32,000 bases of DNA from the NCBI RefSeq assembly GCF_001457595.1, contig NZ_LN831039.1:5490001-5522000 (forward strand). The letters run 5' to 3'. A model generated the notes under the pieces. That model ran no database searches. It was not told the DNA's origin and was given only the letters and a program-made list of their open reading frames with translations. Positions 15,917-25,720 of the stretch are shown one piece after another. This stretch comes from Mycolicibacterium smegmatis. Its GTDB lineage: Bacteria > Actinomycetota > Actinomycetes > Mycobacteriales > Mycobacteriaceae. The translations under genes were made by a program, and so were the position numbers. Each line of letters opens with the position of its first letter. Position 1 is the first letter of the stretch.

Positions 15917-17234
15917 CCCTTCCGGCGGGCAGTCGCCCGCCTCTGAGGCGACCCCCGCGCAGCCGTCGGGCATATCGCGACGCAAGCTGTTCGGCGCTGC
16001 CGGGGTCACCGCTGCGGTGGTCGGCGCGGCCAGTGCGGGTGCACTGGCCGGCCGTGCCTCCGCGGCCGCCAACGCCCCGCACGGGGCGCTGAGCGGTCCG
16101 GTGCCGTTCCGCGGTGAACGGCAGGCCGGCATCATCACCGAGGCACAGGACCGCATGCACTTCTGCGCCTTCGACGTCACCACCGACAGCCGCGATGACG
16201 TCATCGCGCTGCTCAAGCAGTGGACCCAGATGGCCGAGCGCATGACCAAAGGCGAGGAGACCGAACCCGACGGAGCCGTCGGCGGCAACCCCTACTCCCC
16301 GCCCACCGATACCGGTGAGGCCCTTGGCCTTCCGGCCTCGCAGCTGACACTGACCATCGGGTTCGGCCCCGGCTTCTTCCGCAAGGACGGCAAGGACCGC
16401 TTCGGTATCGCCGACCAGCAACCCGCCGAGCTCAAGCCGCTGCCGAAGTTCCCCAACGAGACCATGGACCCCGCCCGCTCAGGCGGCGACATCTGCATCC
16501 AGGCCTGCGCCAACGACCCGCAGGTGGCCGTCCACGCCATCCGTAACCTGGCCCGCGTCGGGTTCGGCACGGTCGCGGTGCGCTACTCCCAGCTGGGGTT
16601 CGGACGCACCTCCTCCACCACGCGCGATCAGGCGACCCCGCGAAACCTGTTCGGGTTCAAGGACGGAACCAACAACATCAAGGCCGACGAGACCGACCTG
16701 CTGAACCAGCACGTGTGGGTCGCCGACGGCGACGGCCCGGCCTGGCTGACCGGCGGCACCTATCTGCTGACCCGCCGCATCCGCATGCGCATCGAGAACT
16801 GGGACCGCACCACGCTGCTCGAGCAGGAACGCGTGATCGGCCGGCAGAAGGGCAGCGGCGCACCGAACGGCCTGCAGGACGAGTTCGAGGAACTCGACTT
16901 CGACATGACCGACGCCAAGGGCAAGCCGATGATCGACGTCGACGCCCACGTGCGCCTGGTGTCCCCGCAGAACCTCGGCGGCATCGAGATCCTGCGCCGC
17001 GGATACAACTTCACCGACGGCACCGACGGCTTCGGCCACCTCGACGCCGGGCTGTTCTTCATCGCCTTCGTGCGAAGCCCCGAGAAACAGTTCATCCCGA
17101 TGCTCAGCGAGATGTCCCGTAAGGATGCGCTCAACGAGTACATCACCCACACCGGCACGGCCATCTTCGCCTGCCCGCCGGGTATCCCCGAGGGTGACTC
17201 GTCTGCGTACTGGGGTTCGACGCTGTTCTCGTGA
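15897..17234 (+). CDS. efeB: Dyp-type peroxidase / deferrochelatase EfeB, Tat-exported
   Basis: Twin-arginine signal (SRRKLFGAAGVTAAVVGAASAG). Dyp core motifs include GFKDGTNN and RRGYNF. The start overlaps efeO by 20 nt. Confidence 0.9.
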   Translation: MSSPSSDPSGGQSPASEATPAQPSGISRRKLFGAAGVTAAVVGAASAGALAGRASAAANAPHGALSGPVPFRGERQAGIITEAQDRMHFCAFDVTTDSRDDVIALLKQWTQMAERMTKGEETEPDGAVGGNPYSPPTDTGEALGLPASQLTLTIGFGPGFFRKDGKDRFGIADQQPAELKPLPKFPNETMDPARSGGDICIQACANDPQVAVHAIRNLARVGFGTVAVRYSQLGFGRTSSTTRDQATPRNLFGFKDGTNNIKADETDLLNQHVWVADGDGPAWLTGGTYLLTRRIRMRIENWDRTTLLEQERVIGRQKGSGAPNGLQDEFEELDFDMTDAKGKPMIDVDAHVRLVSPQNLGGIEILRRGYNFTDGTDGFGHLDAGLFFIAFVRSPEKQFIPMLSEMSRKDALNEYITHTGTAIFACPPGIPEGDSSAYWGSTLFS

Positions 17235-17370
17235 GTCCTTGGTTTCGTGTCGTGGCGCCCGGAGCGACGTAAATGTCGTTGCCCAGCGGGTTTGACGACG
17301 TTTTCGTCGCTCTCGGTGGGTTCTTGCGGGTCGGCTTTGTCTCTTTGGCCGGTTCAACGCCCCCACCCCC

Positions 17371-17460
17371 CGCGAGTGTGAAACCTCAGCGATTCCACTC
17401 CGCCATTGTGAAACCTCTGCTACTTTCCGGCCGATTTTTCGCAGAGGCTTCACACTCGCG
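17371..17460. repeat. Compound palindromic repeat, copy 1 (CGCGAGTGTGAAACCTCAGCG ... GTGAAACCTCTGC-loop-GCAGAGGCTTCACACTCGCG)
   Basis: The outer arms CGCGAGTGTGAA and TTCACACTCGCG are perfect complements. The inner 13-bp stem has one mismatch. The first 21 nt are 18/21 identical to copy 2 at 20992. Confidence 0.8.
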
Positions 17461-17518
17461 AAGCTTTGCTCAGATCTGCCTCGCTAACCCTCATCTCTCG
17501 TGGCCGTCTGTTACCTGA

Positions 17519-17728
17519 GGACAAGCCAAGGACACCGGCGACCTTGCCCGGGCCTTCACAGACATGATCCTGTACGCCTGCGTCAATAAAGTTGTCGAGG
17601 GTCGGTTACTTTTCGATCTCAGCTTGCTCACAACCATGCCCCCCGCGTGGTCGACGCTTGCCCAGGGCACGACATATCCCGATCTGGCACGGATGTACCA
17701 CGACCTTTTTGCGGATTACGGTCGTTAG
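17519..17728 (+). pseudogene. Possible gene remnant or orphan short ORF (...DTGDLARAFTDMILYACVNKVVEGRLLFDLSLLTTMPPAWSTLAQGTTYPDLARMYHDLFADYGR*)
   Basis: A 69-codon open frame with protein-like composition and moderately high GC3, whose only ATG is at 17564 (54 aa). A neighbouring frame reads EALLRSASLTLISRGRLLPEDK just upstream, which suggests a frameshifted helical-regulator C-terminus. This rests on by-eye impression only. Confidence 0.25.
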
Positions 17729-17953
17729 CGAGCCGAATGCCACGCGTTCAGACCCTTGCATGAAAGCCGGGTGTTGACGCCGTTCGAGCATCCAGCTCCC
17801 GAAACAACACGCGATACAACATTTTCGGCAAACTTCGATCTTTTCAAACGCAAAGATGCTGCTCGTTACGTCATTCGACGGACAGCGGAGCGCGGCTTTG
17901 CCGACTTAAAGTCCCTCCTACAAAACTGAACTTTTCCTGAGAGGGGCAGGCAA

Positions 17954-20932
17954 ATGGCAAGGCATCGCCGTAAGAAGATGACCAAGGCAGCCGTTGTCGG
18001 CACGGCAATCGCCGCGACCCTGGGCGTGGGAATCACGCCCACCATGGCCAACGCGGTCTCGAGCGACACCTACTTCATCGGCTTCCCCGATTGGCTCCCG
18101 ATTGGCGCTTCGAACTCGGTGGATGCCGACGCCGACGCGATCTACCAAGCGATCGTCGGATCGAAAGACTCCAGCCCCATTGTTGGTTGGGGCACAGGCG
18201 GAGTGAAGCTCGATCCGAAGTGGGTCCAGTGGTACAACCCGAACCTCGGCGGGTTGAGCCTGGGGGACATCAACCTCGGTGACCTGTCCTCAGGTGACCT
18301 CACAGCTCTGCTGGGTCAAATGGATCTCGGTCAGCTCACCAACTCGGACAAAGACCAGTACTACACGCTGCCCACGTGGGGCCAAACCGGCACCAAAGAG
18401 GTTATGGTCGATAACCCGGTGTACCAGAAGGCGTTTGAGGAAGCGCTCGCTGAGGTCATGGAGCAGGATCGCGACGCGATCCTGGCGGCAGAGAAGATCG
18501 AGCTGACTATCTCCTACTCCGTGCCTGAACCGGACTGGTGGGGTAAACAGACGACTGTCTCCATCCCGTTCCTCGGAAGCCTCACGGTCGGGCTTGCGCA
18601 GCAGTTCGGTCCATGGTCTCAGCAGAAGATCAACGGCCAGTCTGTGACTTCGATATCGACAACCGTGTCGATCGACAACCCGTTCAAGAATGATCCTGCG
18701 GCGCTCGACAAGTTCCTCGAAACCGGGAAGTATGACGGCACCTACACCGTGCCCACCATCGACCCCGTCACGGCCCTGGGGCTGAAAAGGCCGTCAGGGA
18801 CACTCGCCGGCGCCGCGTATGACTACATCGTCAAGACCTGGTTGAAGCCGATCAACATCGACCCGGTCAACTACACCTTCGACCGCACGAAATTCAATCT
18901 GCCCGGCGGAAGTTGGGAAGAACGCGCAGAAGACCTGATCGATCCGGAGATTCCGAAGCAGATCCCCGAGACCCAGCCCGTGTACGGCTGGCTTCCCGGC
19001 GGGTGGACCACGAACACCTTCGGTCAGTGGGTGTCTCCCACGGATCAGCTGGCGAACCTGGACCTGAGTGCCCTGGCCGGCCTTGCCAACGGCGACTTCG
19101 ATCTCTCGACCCTGGCCGGCCTGGCGAACCTGTCGCCGCAGACGATCGCGTACTTCCTGTCGGGTGACCTGGGATTCCTTGCCCCGCTGCTGAACTGGAC
19201 GCTGTACGCCCAGAACATCAACCTCATCGCATACGGTGACGGCGCCATCGCCACGGGTGAGGCGTACCGCCGCTTCATCGAAGCGGTGACGAGCGGTGAG
19301 ATCAAGGCGGGAGAACCGCGGACCGATGGCCGCTACATCGTCTTCGACGTCGATGAGGACGGCAATCCGATCCTGAAGGTGGTGAACCACTCCACGGGCA
19401 ACGGGGGCCTCGATGACATCATCGTGTCGTACCCGCTGCCGAACGACCTCGAGTTCCCGGACATGCCGGTCGATGCGAACGGGAACCCGCTGTACCCGTC
19501 GTACACCGAAACCCCCGGCGGCGTCATTGATGTCACGCTGATGACGCTGGCGTTGCTGCGCAACCCGGGCCGGCCCAACGGTGGTCTCTACGCCCGGTTT
19601 GCGCCGATCTACCAGGAGCTCACAGGCGTCAATCCGATCAGCCCCGAGCGCAAGGACGTGCTGTACGGGCTGCCGGATGACACCGTCGCCAAGCTGCTCA
19701 AGGGCGACGTCTCAGGCATCGGGCTCAGCGATCTGAACGACCTGCTGGTCTTCCTGAATGACGCCAACGGCAAACCAATGGTGATCACCATCAAGGCCGA
19801 CGCCACATGGGAATACGACCTGCTCTCGGACGCTCCGGTGACGGCCAACCCGATCGCGTGGGCCAACTCGGTGGCGTCGTCGATGCTGGTGTTCACGTAC
19901 GGTGCCGAGCTGATCAACCTCGCCACCAACCGTGAGGGCGGCGTGGGCGTGGTTGCCTACCAGGTGCCCGACGGGGAGTACGACGCCGGCAGCTTCTACG
20001 CCACGCTGACGTCCCAGGGCCTGCCGCTGCTCGCGCCGGCACGCCTGGTCGCCGGATTGCTCAGTGCGGCAACGGGTGAGGACGTCAACACTCCGCTGGC
20101 CGACGCGCTGGAGCCGGTGCTCAAGCTGCTGGTGAACACCAGCTACACCGATGCCGTGCGCAACGAGGACGGCACGTGGACACGCACGCTCGACCAGATG
20201 CACGTCCCGACGCTGTTCGGCACCCAGACCATCTCGCGTCAGCAGGCCGCCTTGCTGGCCGGAGACATCTTGGCCGAGTTCGGCAGGGGCGTGGGTGCGG
20301 AATACACCGACGTGGTCCAGCGGGTCACCGCCCGTGTCGTGAAGTTCCTGGAGGACAACGACATCAAGGTGCCCACCGAGATCAAGGAGGCCGCGGCCAA
20401 GCTCGCGACCGAGCCGGGCAAGGTCATCCAGACAGTCAGCCGTGAGGTCGGCACCGGGGTCAGCAAGGTTCTCGGCGCGGTCGACGCCAAACTGCCCGAA
20501 ACCCCGGCACCCACACAGGAGCAGCTGGCCGAGGGCCAGAAAGAGGTCGGCCAGGCGCTCGCGGAGGTCAACGAGGCCACCGAGGGAGCGGTGACCAAGG
20601 GCCTCAAGGACACCACGGCCTTCATCAACGACCCGATCACCCCGGTCCTCAAGGCAGGCAAGGACATCGAGTCGAAGGTGACCAAGCGGATCACCAAAAC
20701 CCAGAACAGCCTCGCCAAGGCGCAGGTCCGGGCCGGCAAGGTCACCGAGAAGCTCCAGAAGGGCGACATCAAGGGTGCCGTCAAACAGGTCGGCGAGAAC
20801 GTGCAGAACCGCGTCGACCGCCTGAAGAAGGACATCAACAACGGGGTCAAGAAGATCACCGGCAAGGACAAGACGAAGAGCACGAGCAGCAGCACCGACT
20901 CCGACAAGGACAAGGGCGGCAGCGAAGACTAG
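17954..20932 (+). CDS. 992-aa secreted protein: N-terminal region with Leu/Gly/Asp repeats, central PE-PPE-type (PF08237-like) alpha/beta-hydrolase-like core lacking the nucleophile Ser, Lys-rich amphipathic C-terminal tail
   Basis: Signal peptide is MARHRRKKMTKAAVVGTAIAATLGVGITPTMANA. IAYGDGAIATGEAYRRF occupies the position of the PE-PPE GYSQ(S/G)A motif. NPGRPNGGLYARF and EYDLLSDAP resemble further PE-PPE-domain motifs as I recall them. The last approximately 200 aa are K/E/T/V-rich helical repeats ending in STSSSTDSDKDKGGSED. The gene has its own terminator. Confidence 0.8.
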   Translation: MARHRRKKMTKAAVVGTAIAATLGVGITPTMANAVSSDTYFIGFPDWLPIGASNSVDADADAIYQAIVGSKDSSPIVGWGTGGVKLDPKWVQWYNPNLGGLSLGDINLGDLSSGDLTALLGQMDLGQLTNSDKDQYYTLPTWGQTGTKEVMVDNPVYQKAFEEALAEVMEQDRDAILAAEKIELTISYSVPEPDWWGKQTTVSIPFLGSLTVGLAQQFGPWSQQKINGQSVTSISTTVSIDNPFKNDPAALDKFLETGKYDGTYTVPTIDPVTALGLKRPSGTLAGAAYDYIVKTWLKPINIDPVNYTFDRTKFNLPGGSWEERAEDLIDPEIPKQIPETQPVYGWLPGGWTTNTFGQWVSPTDQLANLDLSALAGLANGDFDLSTLAGLANLSPQTIAYFLSGDLGFLAPLLNWTLYAQNINLIAYGDGAIATGEAYRRFIEAVTSGEIKAGEPRTDGRYIVFDVDEDGNPILKVVNHSTGNGGLDDIIVSYPLPNDLEFPDMPVDANGNPLYPSYTETPGGVIDVTLMTLALLRNPGRPNGGLYARFAPIYQELTGVNPISPERKDVLYGLPDDTVAKLLKGDVSGIGLSDLNDLLVFLNDANGKPMVITIKADATWEYDLLSDAPVTANPIAWANSVASSMLVFTYGAELINLATNREGGVGVVAYQVPDGEYDAGSFYATLTSQGLPLLAPARLVAGLLSAATGEDVNTPLADALEPVLKLLVNTSYTDAVRNEDGTWTRTLDQMHVPTLFGTQTISRQQAALLAGDILAEFGRGVGAEYTDVVQRVTARVVKFLEDNDIKVPTEIKEAAAKLATEPGKVIQTVSREVGTGVSKVLGAVDAKLPETPAPTQEQLAEGQKEVGQALAEVNEATEGAVTKGLKDTTAFINDPITPVLKAGKDIESKVTKRITKTQNSLAKAQVRAGKVTEKLQKGDIKGAVKQVGENVQNRVDRLKKDINNGVKKITGKDKTKSTSSSTDSDKDKGGSED

Positions 20933-20943
20933 GGGGAGGAAAG

Positions 20944-20977
20944 GGTGTGCCCCCTCTCGCAAGGGAGGGGGCACACC
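20944..20977 (+). terminator. Terminator hairpin of the 992-aa gene
   Basis: Perfect 13-bp stem GGTGTGCCCCCTC / GAGGGGGCACACC with an 8-nt loop, beginning 12 nt after the stop codon. Confidence 0.75.
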
Positions 20978-20988
20978 TATGCCTGAGG

Positions 20989-21054
20989 GTCCGCGAGTGT
21001 GAATCGTCAGCGAAAGAGTCGAGGGGTTTTCGCTGACGCTTCACACTCGCGGAC
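20989..21054. repeat. Palindromic repeat, copy 2 (27-nt arms, 12-nt loop)
   Basis: GTCCGCGAGTGTGAATCGTCAGCGAAA, loop GAGTCGAGGGGT, then TTTCGCTGACGCTTCACACTCGCGGAC, with one mismatch in 27. It abuts the mazG stop codon and shares the CGCGAGTGTGAA core with copy 1. Confidence 0.85.
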
Positions 21055-22028
21055 TACTCTTCGGGTTCGGCTTCCGAAGCAGACGACTCCGCACCAGGCC
21101 AGTACGCGCGCCACTCGTCCTCGGAGATCACCCCGAGCGGAGCGACGTCGAGTTCCTCGGGAACGTCCTCACCGCGGCGACCGGCAGCGACAGCGGCCTC
21201 GACCTCGCGCACGGTGTCCATGAATTCCAGGACAGCAGTGCGCAGTTCGTTCTCGGAGTCAGTGTCGGCAGACACCGAGACAGAAGTCAGAGAGGCCGGA
21301 ATCAGCTCGGCAGGCAGACCGGCCTGGCTCACGCGGGCCAGCACCTTCTGTGCCAGCGCCAAAGCGGGCTGCCCGGTGGGCACATCGTCCATCGACGATG
21401 CGCGTGCCTTGACCTTCTTCTCCTGCGCCTTGCGCTCTTCCCATTGCGCGAGCTGCTCGTCCAATGAAATGGACTCCCCCGCAAGCACGGCGGGCACGCG
21501 ATTGCCGAGTTTGCGCACCAGCGCATCGGCCACGTCGTCGATGCTGAACGGATGGTGTGGGGCGTCCTCGGCGATACGGGCGTGGAACAGCACCTGCAGC
21601 AGCACGTCGCCGAGCTCCTCGCGGAGTTCGTCGGCGTTGCCGCTGCGCACGGCGTCGAACAGTTCGTAGGTCTCCTCGAGCAGGTAGCGGCGCAGGGAAT
21701 CGTGGGTCTGCTCGCTCTCCCACGGCCCTGAGGTGCGCAGCTTGTCCATCAGCGCGACGGCGTCGACCAGACGCTCGCCGGGCTGGGGCTCGGGTGCGGC
21801 GATCAGCCGGTCACCGGCGGCCAAGCGCGCCTTGACAACCGGATGTTCGGGATCGGAGGACAACAGGACCGGGGCGTCTTCGCCGTCGTAGGCCGGCCGC
21901 GCCGAGGGCAGCGACCACGGCACCTTGACCGGCATCTCCTCGGTGTACTGGACCTCCCCGGTGAGGAACTCGACGGCGTCGACGGGAACCAGGGCGGGAC
22001 GGCGCGGATCCACCAGGACGACGATCAT
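21054..22028 (-). CDS. mazG: Nucleoside triphosphate pyrophosphohydrolase MazG
   Basis: 324 aa from ATG 22028, which overlaps the mfd stop (ATGA). The MazG core is [20 protein letters not shown]...[22 protein letters not shown]. Synteny matches Rv1021. The listed ORF start at 22121 lies inside mfd. Confidence 0.9.
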   Translation of the reverse strand: MIVVLVDPRRPALVPVDAVEFLTGEVQYTEEMPVKVPWSLPSARPAYDGEDAPVLLSSDPEHPVVKARLAAGDRLIAAPEPQPGERLVDAVALMDKLRTSGPWESEQTHDSLRRYLLEETYELFDAVRSGNADELREELGDVLLQVLFHARIAEDAPHHPFSIDDVADALVRKLGNRVPAVLAGESISLDEQLAQWEERKAQEKKVKARASSMDDVPTGQPALALAQKVLARVSQAGLPAELIPASLTSVSVSADTDSENELRTAVLEFMDTVREVEAAVAAGRRGEDVPEELDVAPLGVISEDEWRAYWPGAESSASEAEPEE

Positions 22029-25000
22029 CGCTTCGCCTCCCCCGCCGTGTTCGAGAACTTCGACATGTCCACGTCGCCCTGTCCTTTTCCGTTGAGCACC
22101 AGCACGAGCCCGGCGACCCACTGGACCAGTTCGAGATCGCGGATGCGCGGCGCTCCGACGCCCTCACCGGCGCGCGGCAACGGCACCTGCACGGTGGAGG
22201 TGGTGGCGCGGTAGTGCCCGCCCGGGTACATCCGCTTGAGCCGCAACTGCGCCGAGTCCGGCAGCACCATGGGGCTCAACCGCACCGTGGACGCCGACAC
22301 CGCGCCGATCTCGGTGATCCCGAACTCACGGCACAGCAACCGAAGTCGGGCGACCGCGACCAGACGCTGCGCCGGTTCGGGCAGCGGGCCGTAGCGGTCG
22401 ATGAGTTCGTCGACGACGGACGCCACGGCGTCGTCGTCGGCCGCGGCGGCGAGCCTGCGGTAGGCCTCAAGACGCAACCGGTCGCTGCCGATGTACTCGG
22501 GTGGCAGGTGCGCGTCGACCGGAAGGTCGATGCGCACATCCTTCTGTTCCTGCGGTGTGGCAACGGTTTTCCCGTCGGCCGCGGCGCGGTAGGCCTCGAC
22601 GGCCTCCCCCACCAGTCGCACGTACAGATCGAAGCCGACGCCCGCGACGTGACCGGACTGCTCGGCGCCCAGCACGTTACCGGCGCCGCGGATCTCCAGA
22701 TCCTTCATGGCCACGGCCATACCGGCGCCCAGTTCGTTGTTCTGGGCGATGGTCGCGAGGCGGTCGTAGGCGGTCTCGGTCAGCGGTTTGTTCGGCGGAT
22801 ACAGGAAGTAGGCGTAGCCACGCTCGCGGCTACGGCCCACGCGGCCGCGCAACTGGTGCAACTGGGACAGGCCGAACGTGTCGGCCCGTTCCACGATCAG
22901 GGTGTTGGCGTTGGAGATGTCCAGGCCGGTCTCGACGATCGTGGTGCAGACCAGGATGTCGTACTCACGGTTCCAGAATCCCTCGACGGTCTTCTCGAGC
23001 GTCTCCTCGTTCATCTGGCCGTGCGCCACCACAACCCGCGCCTCGGGCACCAACTGGCGCACGCGCGCGGCGGCCTCGTCGATGGTGCGCACACGGTTGT
23101 GGATATAGAACGCCTGCCCGTCGCGCAACAGTTCACGGCGCAGCGCGGCGGCCACCTGCTTGTCGTCGTGCGGGCCGACGTAGGTGAGCACCGGGTAGCG
23201 CTCCTCGGGCGGGGTGAGGATCGTCGACATCTCGCGGATGCCCGCGAGGCTCATCTCCAGGGTGCGCGGGATCGGGGTGGCGCTCATGGTGAGCACGTCC
23301 ACGTGGGTGCGCATCGACTTGATGTGCTCTTTGTGCTCGACGCCGAAACGCTGTTCCTCGTCGACGATGATGAGGCCCAGGTCTTTCCACGTCACACCGG
23401 TCTGCAGCAGCCGGTGGGTGCCGATCACGACGTCCACCGAACCGTCTTTGAGACCTTCGACCACGGCGCGGGATTCGGCCGGATCGGTGAACCGGGACAG
23501 CCCTTTGACAGTCACCGGAAACCCGGCCATGCGGTTGGTGAAGGTCTGCAGATGCTGGTCGGCCAGCAGCGTTGTCGGCACGAGAACGGCGACCTGCTTG
23601 CCGTCCTGCACGGCCTTGAACGCCGCACGCACCGCGATCTCGGTCTTGCCGTAACCCACGTCGCCACAGATCACCCGGTCCATCGGCACGGGTTTCTCCA
23701 TGTCGGCCTTGACCTCTTGGATGGCCGTCAACTGGTCCATGGTCTCGGTGAACCCGAAGGCATCTTCCATCTCGGCCTGCCATGGCGTGTCCGGTCCGAA
23801 CGCATGACCCGGCGCGGACTGCCGCTTGGCGTAGAGCGCGACGAGTTCACTGGCGATTTCGCGGACCGCGCGGCGCGCCTTGGTCTTGGTGTTGGCCCAG
23901 TCGCTGCCACCGAGACGCGACAGCGACGGCGCCTCACCGCCCACGTACCGGGACAGCTGATCGAGCGAATCCATTGGCACGTAGAGCTTGTCGGTGCCCC
24001 CGCCGCGCTTGCTGGACGCGTACTCCAGCACCAGGTATTCCCGGCGGGCGCCGCCGACCACGCGCTCGGTCATCTCGACGAACTTGCCGATGCCGTGCTG
24101 ATCGTGCACCACCAGGTCGCCGGCGGTCAGCGCGAGCGGGTCCACGACGTTCCGTCGTTTGGCGGCAAGCTTTCTGCCTTCGTTCGCGGTCACCCGGTTA
24201 CCGGTCAGATCGGTCTCGGTGATGATCACCAGGTTGGCGCCGGGCAGCACCACGCCGCTGCACAGCGGCCCCTTGAGCACGCCGACCACACCGGCCTTGG
24301 GGGCCGTTCCGGGTTCCAGAATCGTTGCGGCGGTGTCGGCTTCACCGAGTTGCTCGACGACGCGGTGCGCGGTGCCGATGCCGGGGGTGACGACAGCGGC
24401 GTACCCGCCGGTGGCGACATGGGCCCGCAGCATCGCGAAGATCTCTTCGAGGTTGTGCTGCGATCCGCGCGCCGACGGGGCCGAACGGATGTCGAGCTCG
24501 ATTGCTGATTCGTCGGACAGCTGCGACAGCGTCCACCACGGGTGCCCGCCCGCACGGGCGGCCTCGCGTGCCTCCTCGAACGTGACGAACCCCGACGCGC
24601 CGAGCGCCTCGAGATCGATCGGGGCGTCACCGCCCACGGCGGCCGTCGACCACGACGCCTCGAGGAACTCGCGGCCGGTCTTGATCAGATCCGCCGCCCG
24701 GGTCCGCACCTTCTCCGGATCGCACACCAGCACCGGGGCACCTTCGGGCAGGTGGCTGGTGAGCGTGGTCGGCTCGATCGGGTGCAGCAGCGGCAGCAGC
24801 GCCTCCATGCCGTCCACCGGGATGCCCTCGGCGAGCTTGGCCAGCATGTCCGGCACCGTGCCGGGAACGGTGTTCTCCGTCGTGGGGTGCTCGGCGGCCA
24901 GTGCCGCGGCGCGTTCCCGCACGTCGTCGGTCATCAGAAGCTCACGGCACGGGACCGCGACAACGGTCTGCACGGGAACCTCGGGGATGGACCGCTGGTC

Positions 25001-25672
25001 GGCGATCGCGAACGCGCGCATCTCCGAGATCTCGTCGCCCCAGAACTCGACACGGACCGGATGCTCGGCGGTGGGCGGGAAGACATCCAGGATGCCGCCG
25101 CGGACCGCGAACTCCCCGCGCTTGCCGACCATGTCGACGCGCGTATAGGAGAGGTCGACCAGGCGCGCGACGACGTCCTCGAACTCCATCTCGGCGCCCA
25201 CGGTCAGCGTGACCGGGTCGATGTCCACCAGATCGGGAGCCATCGGCTGCAGCAGCGATCGCGTGGTGGTCACCACGACACGAAGCGGCGCGCCGAGGGT
25301 CTCGTCGTCGGGACGCGCGAGCCGGCGCAGCAGCATCAGCCGCGCACCCACGGTCTCGACTCCGGGCGACAGCCGCTCGTGCGGCAGCGTCTCCCACGAC
25401 GGGAACAGCGCAACCGAGTCGCCGAACACGCCGCGCAACTCGGCTGTCAGCTCGTCGGCCTCACGTCCGGTGGCGGCGACCACCAGCAGCGGGCCGTTCT
25501 GGGCAAGCGCGGCCGCGACCAGCACGCGTGCGCTGGCCGGTCCGACAAGTGCCAGATCGGCGGGCCGGTCGGCGGCGCGACGAATGACGTCCTGCAGAGA
25601 CGGATCGGACAGTGCCAGCTCGACGAGACCCGCAATCGGGGTCTGGACAGAAGTGTGCCCCGGTGCGGTCAT
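22025..25672 (-). CDS. mfd: Transcription-repair coupling factor
   Basis: 1215 aa with a UvrB-homology N-terminus, an RNAP-interaction domain, the helicase motifs GDVGYGKTE and DEEQRFG, and a TRG motif region. Confidence 0.95.
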   Translation of the reverse strand: MTAPGHTSVQTPIAGLVELALSDPSLQDVIRRAADRPADLALVGPASARVLVAAALAQNGPLLVVAATGREADELTAELRGVFGDSVALFPSWETLPHERLSPGVETVGARLMLLRRLARPDDETLGAPLRVVVTTTRSLLQPMAPDLVDIDPVTLTVGAEMEFEDVVARLVDLSYTRVDMVGKRGEFAVRGGILDVFPPTAEHPVRVEFWGDEISEMRAFAIADQRSIPEVPVQTVVAVPCRELLMTDDVRERAAALAAEHPTTENTVPGTVPDMLAKLAEGIPVDGMEALLPLLHPIEPTTLTSHLPEGAPVLVCDPEKVRTRAADLIKTGREFLEASWSTAAVGGDAPIDLEALGASGFVTFEEAREAARAGGHPWWTLSQLSDESAIELDIRSAPSARGSQHNLEEIFAMLRAHVATGGYAAVVTPGIGTAHRVVEQLGEADTAATILEPGTAPKAGVVGVLKGPLCSGVVLPGANLVIITETDLTGNRVTANEGRKLAAKRRNVVDPLALTAGDLVVHDQHGIGKFVEMTERVVGGARREYLVLEYASSKRGGGTDKLYVPMDSLDQLSRYVGGEAPSLSRLGGSDWANTKTKARRAVREIASELVALYAKRQSAPGHAFGPDTPWQAEMEDAFGFTETMDQLTAIQEVKADMEKPVPMDRVICGDVGYGKTEIAVRAAFKAVQDGKQVAVLVPTTLLADQHLQTFTNRMAGFPVTVKGLSRFTDPAESRAVVEGLKDGSVDVVIGTHRLLQTGVTWKDLGLIIVDEEQRFGVEHKEHIKSMRTHVDVLTMSATPIPRTLEMSLAGIREMSTILTPPEERYPVLTYVGPHDDKQVAAALRRELLRDGQAFYIHNRVRTIDEAAARVRQLVPEARVVVAHGQMNEETLEKTVEGFWNREYDILVCTTIVETGLDISNANTLIVERADTFGLSQLHQLRGRVGRSRERGYAYFLYPPNKPLTETAYDRLATIAQNNELGAGMAVAMKDLEIRGAGNVLGAEQSGHVAGVGFDLYVRLVGEAVEAYRAAADGKTVATPQEQKDVRIDLPVDAHLPPEYIGSDRLRLEAYRRLAAAADDDAVASVVDELIDRYGPLPEPAQRLVAVARLRLLCREFGITEIGAVSASTVRLSPMVLPDSAQLRLKRMYPGGHYRATTSTVQVPLPRAGEGVGAPRIRDLELVQWVAGLVLVLNGKGQGDVDMSKFSNTAGEAKR

Positions 25673-25720
25673 GATGTGACCATCTTAGGCGGGCAGCACG
25701 TGTGACCCACCCCGCGCTGG

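Noticed and set aside
14621-16288. 555-aa ORF on the - strand across efeO/efeB
   Set aside because: It is antisense to the well-supported efeUOB genes and has low-complexity G/A/L/D/V composition.
17273-17518. 81-aa + strand ORF downstream of efeB
   Set aside because: It runs straight through the palindromic repeat (copy 1) and has no homology-like features or ribosome-binding site.
19712-20974. 420-aa - strand ORF opposite the 3' half of the 992-aa gene
   Set aside because: Its composition is mirror-frame (L/G/D/R/V-rich). It would run through the terminator hairpin, and the sense gene has a signal peptide, motifs and its own terminator.
22214-24508. 764-aa + strand ORF, and several other 100-390-aa ORFs, inside the mfd locus
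   Set aside because: All are antisense or out of frame relative to mfd, whose 1215-aa product has full-length homology. They show no independent motifs or start signals.
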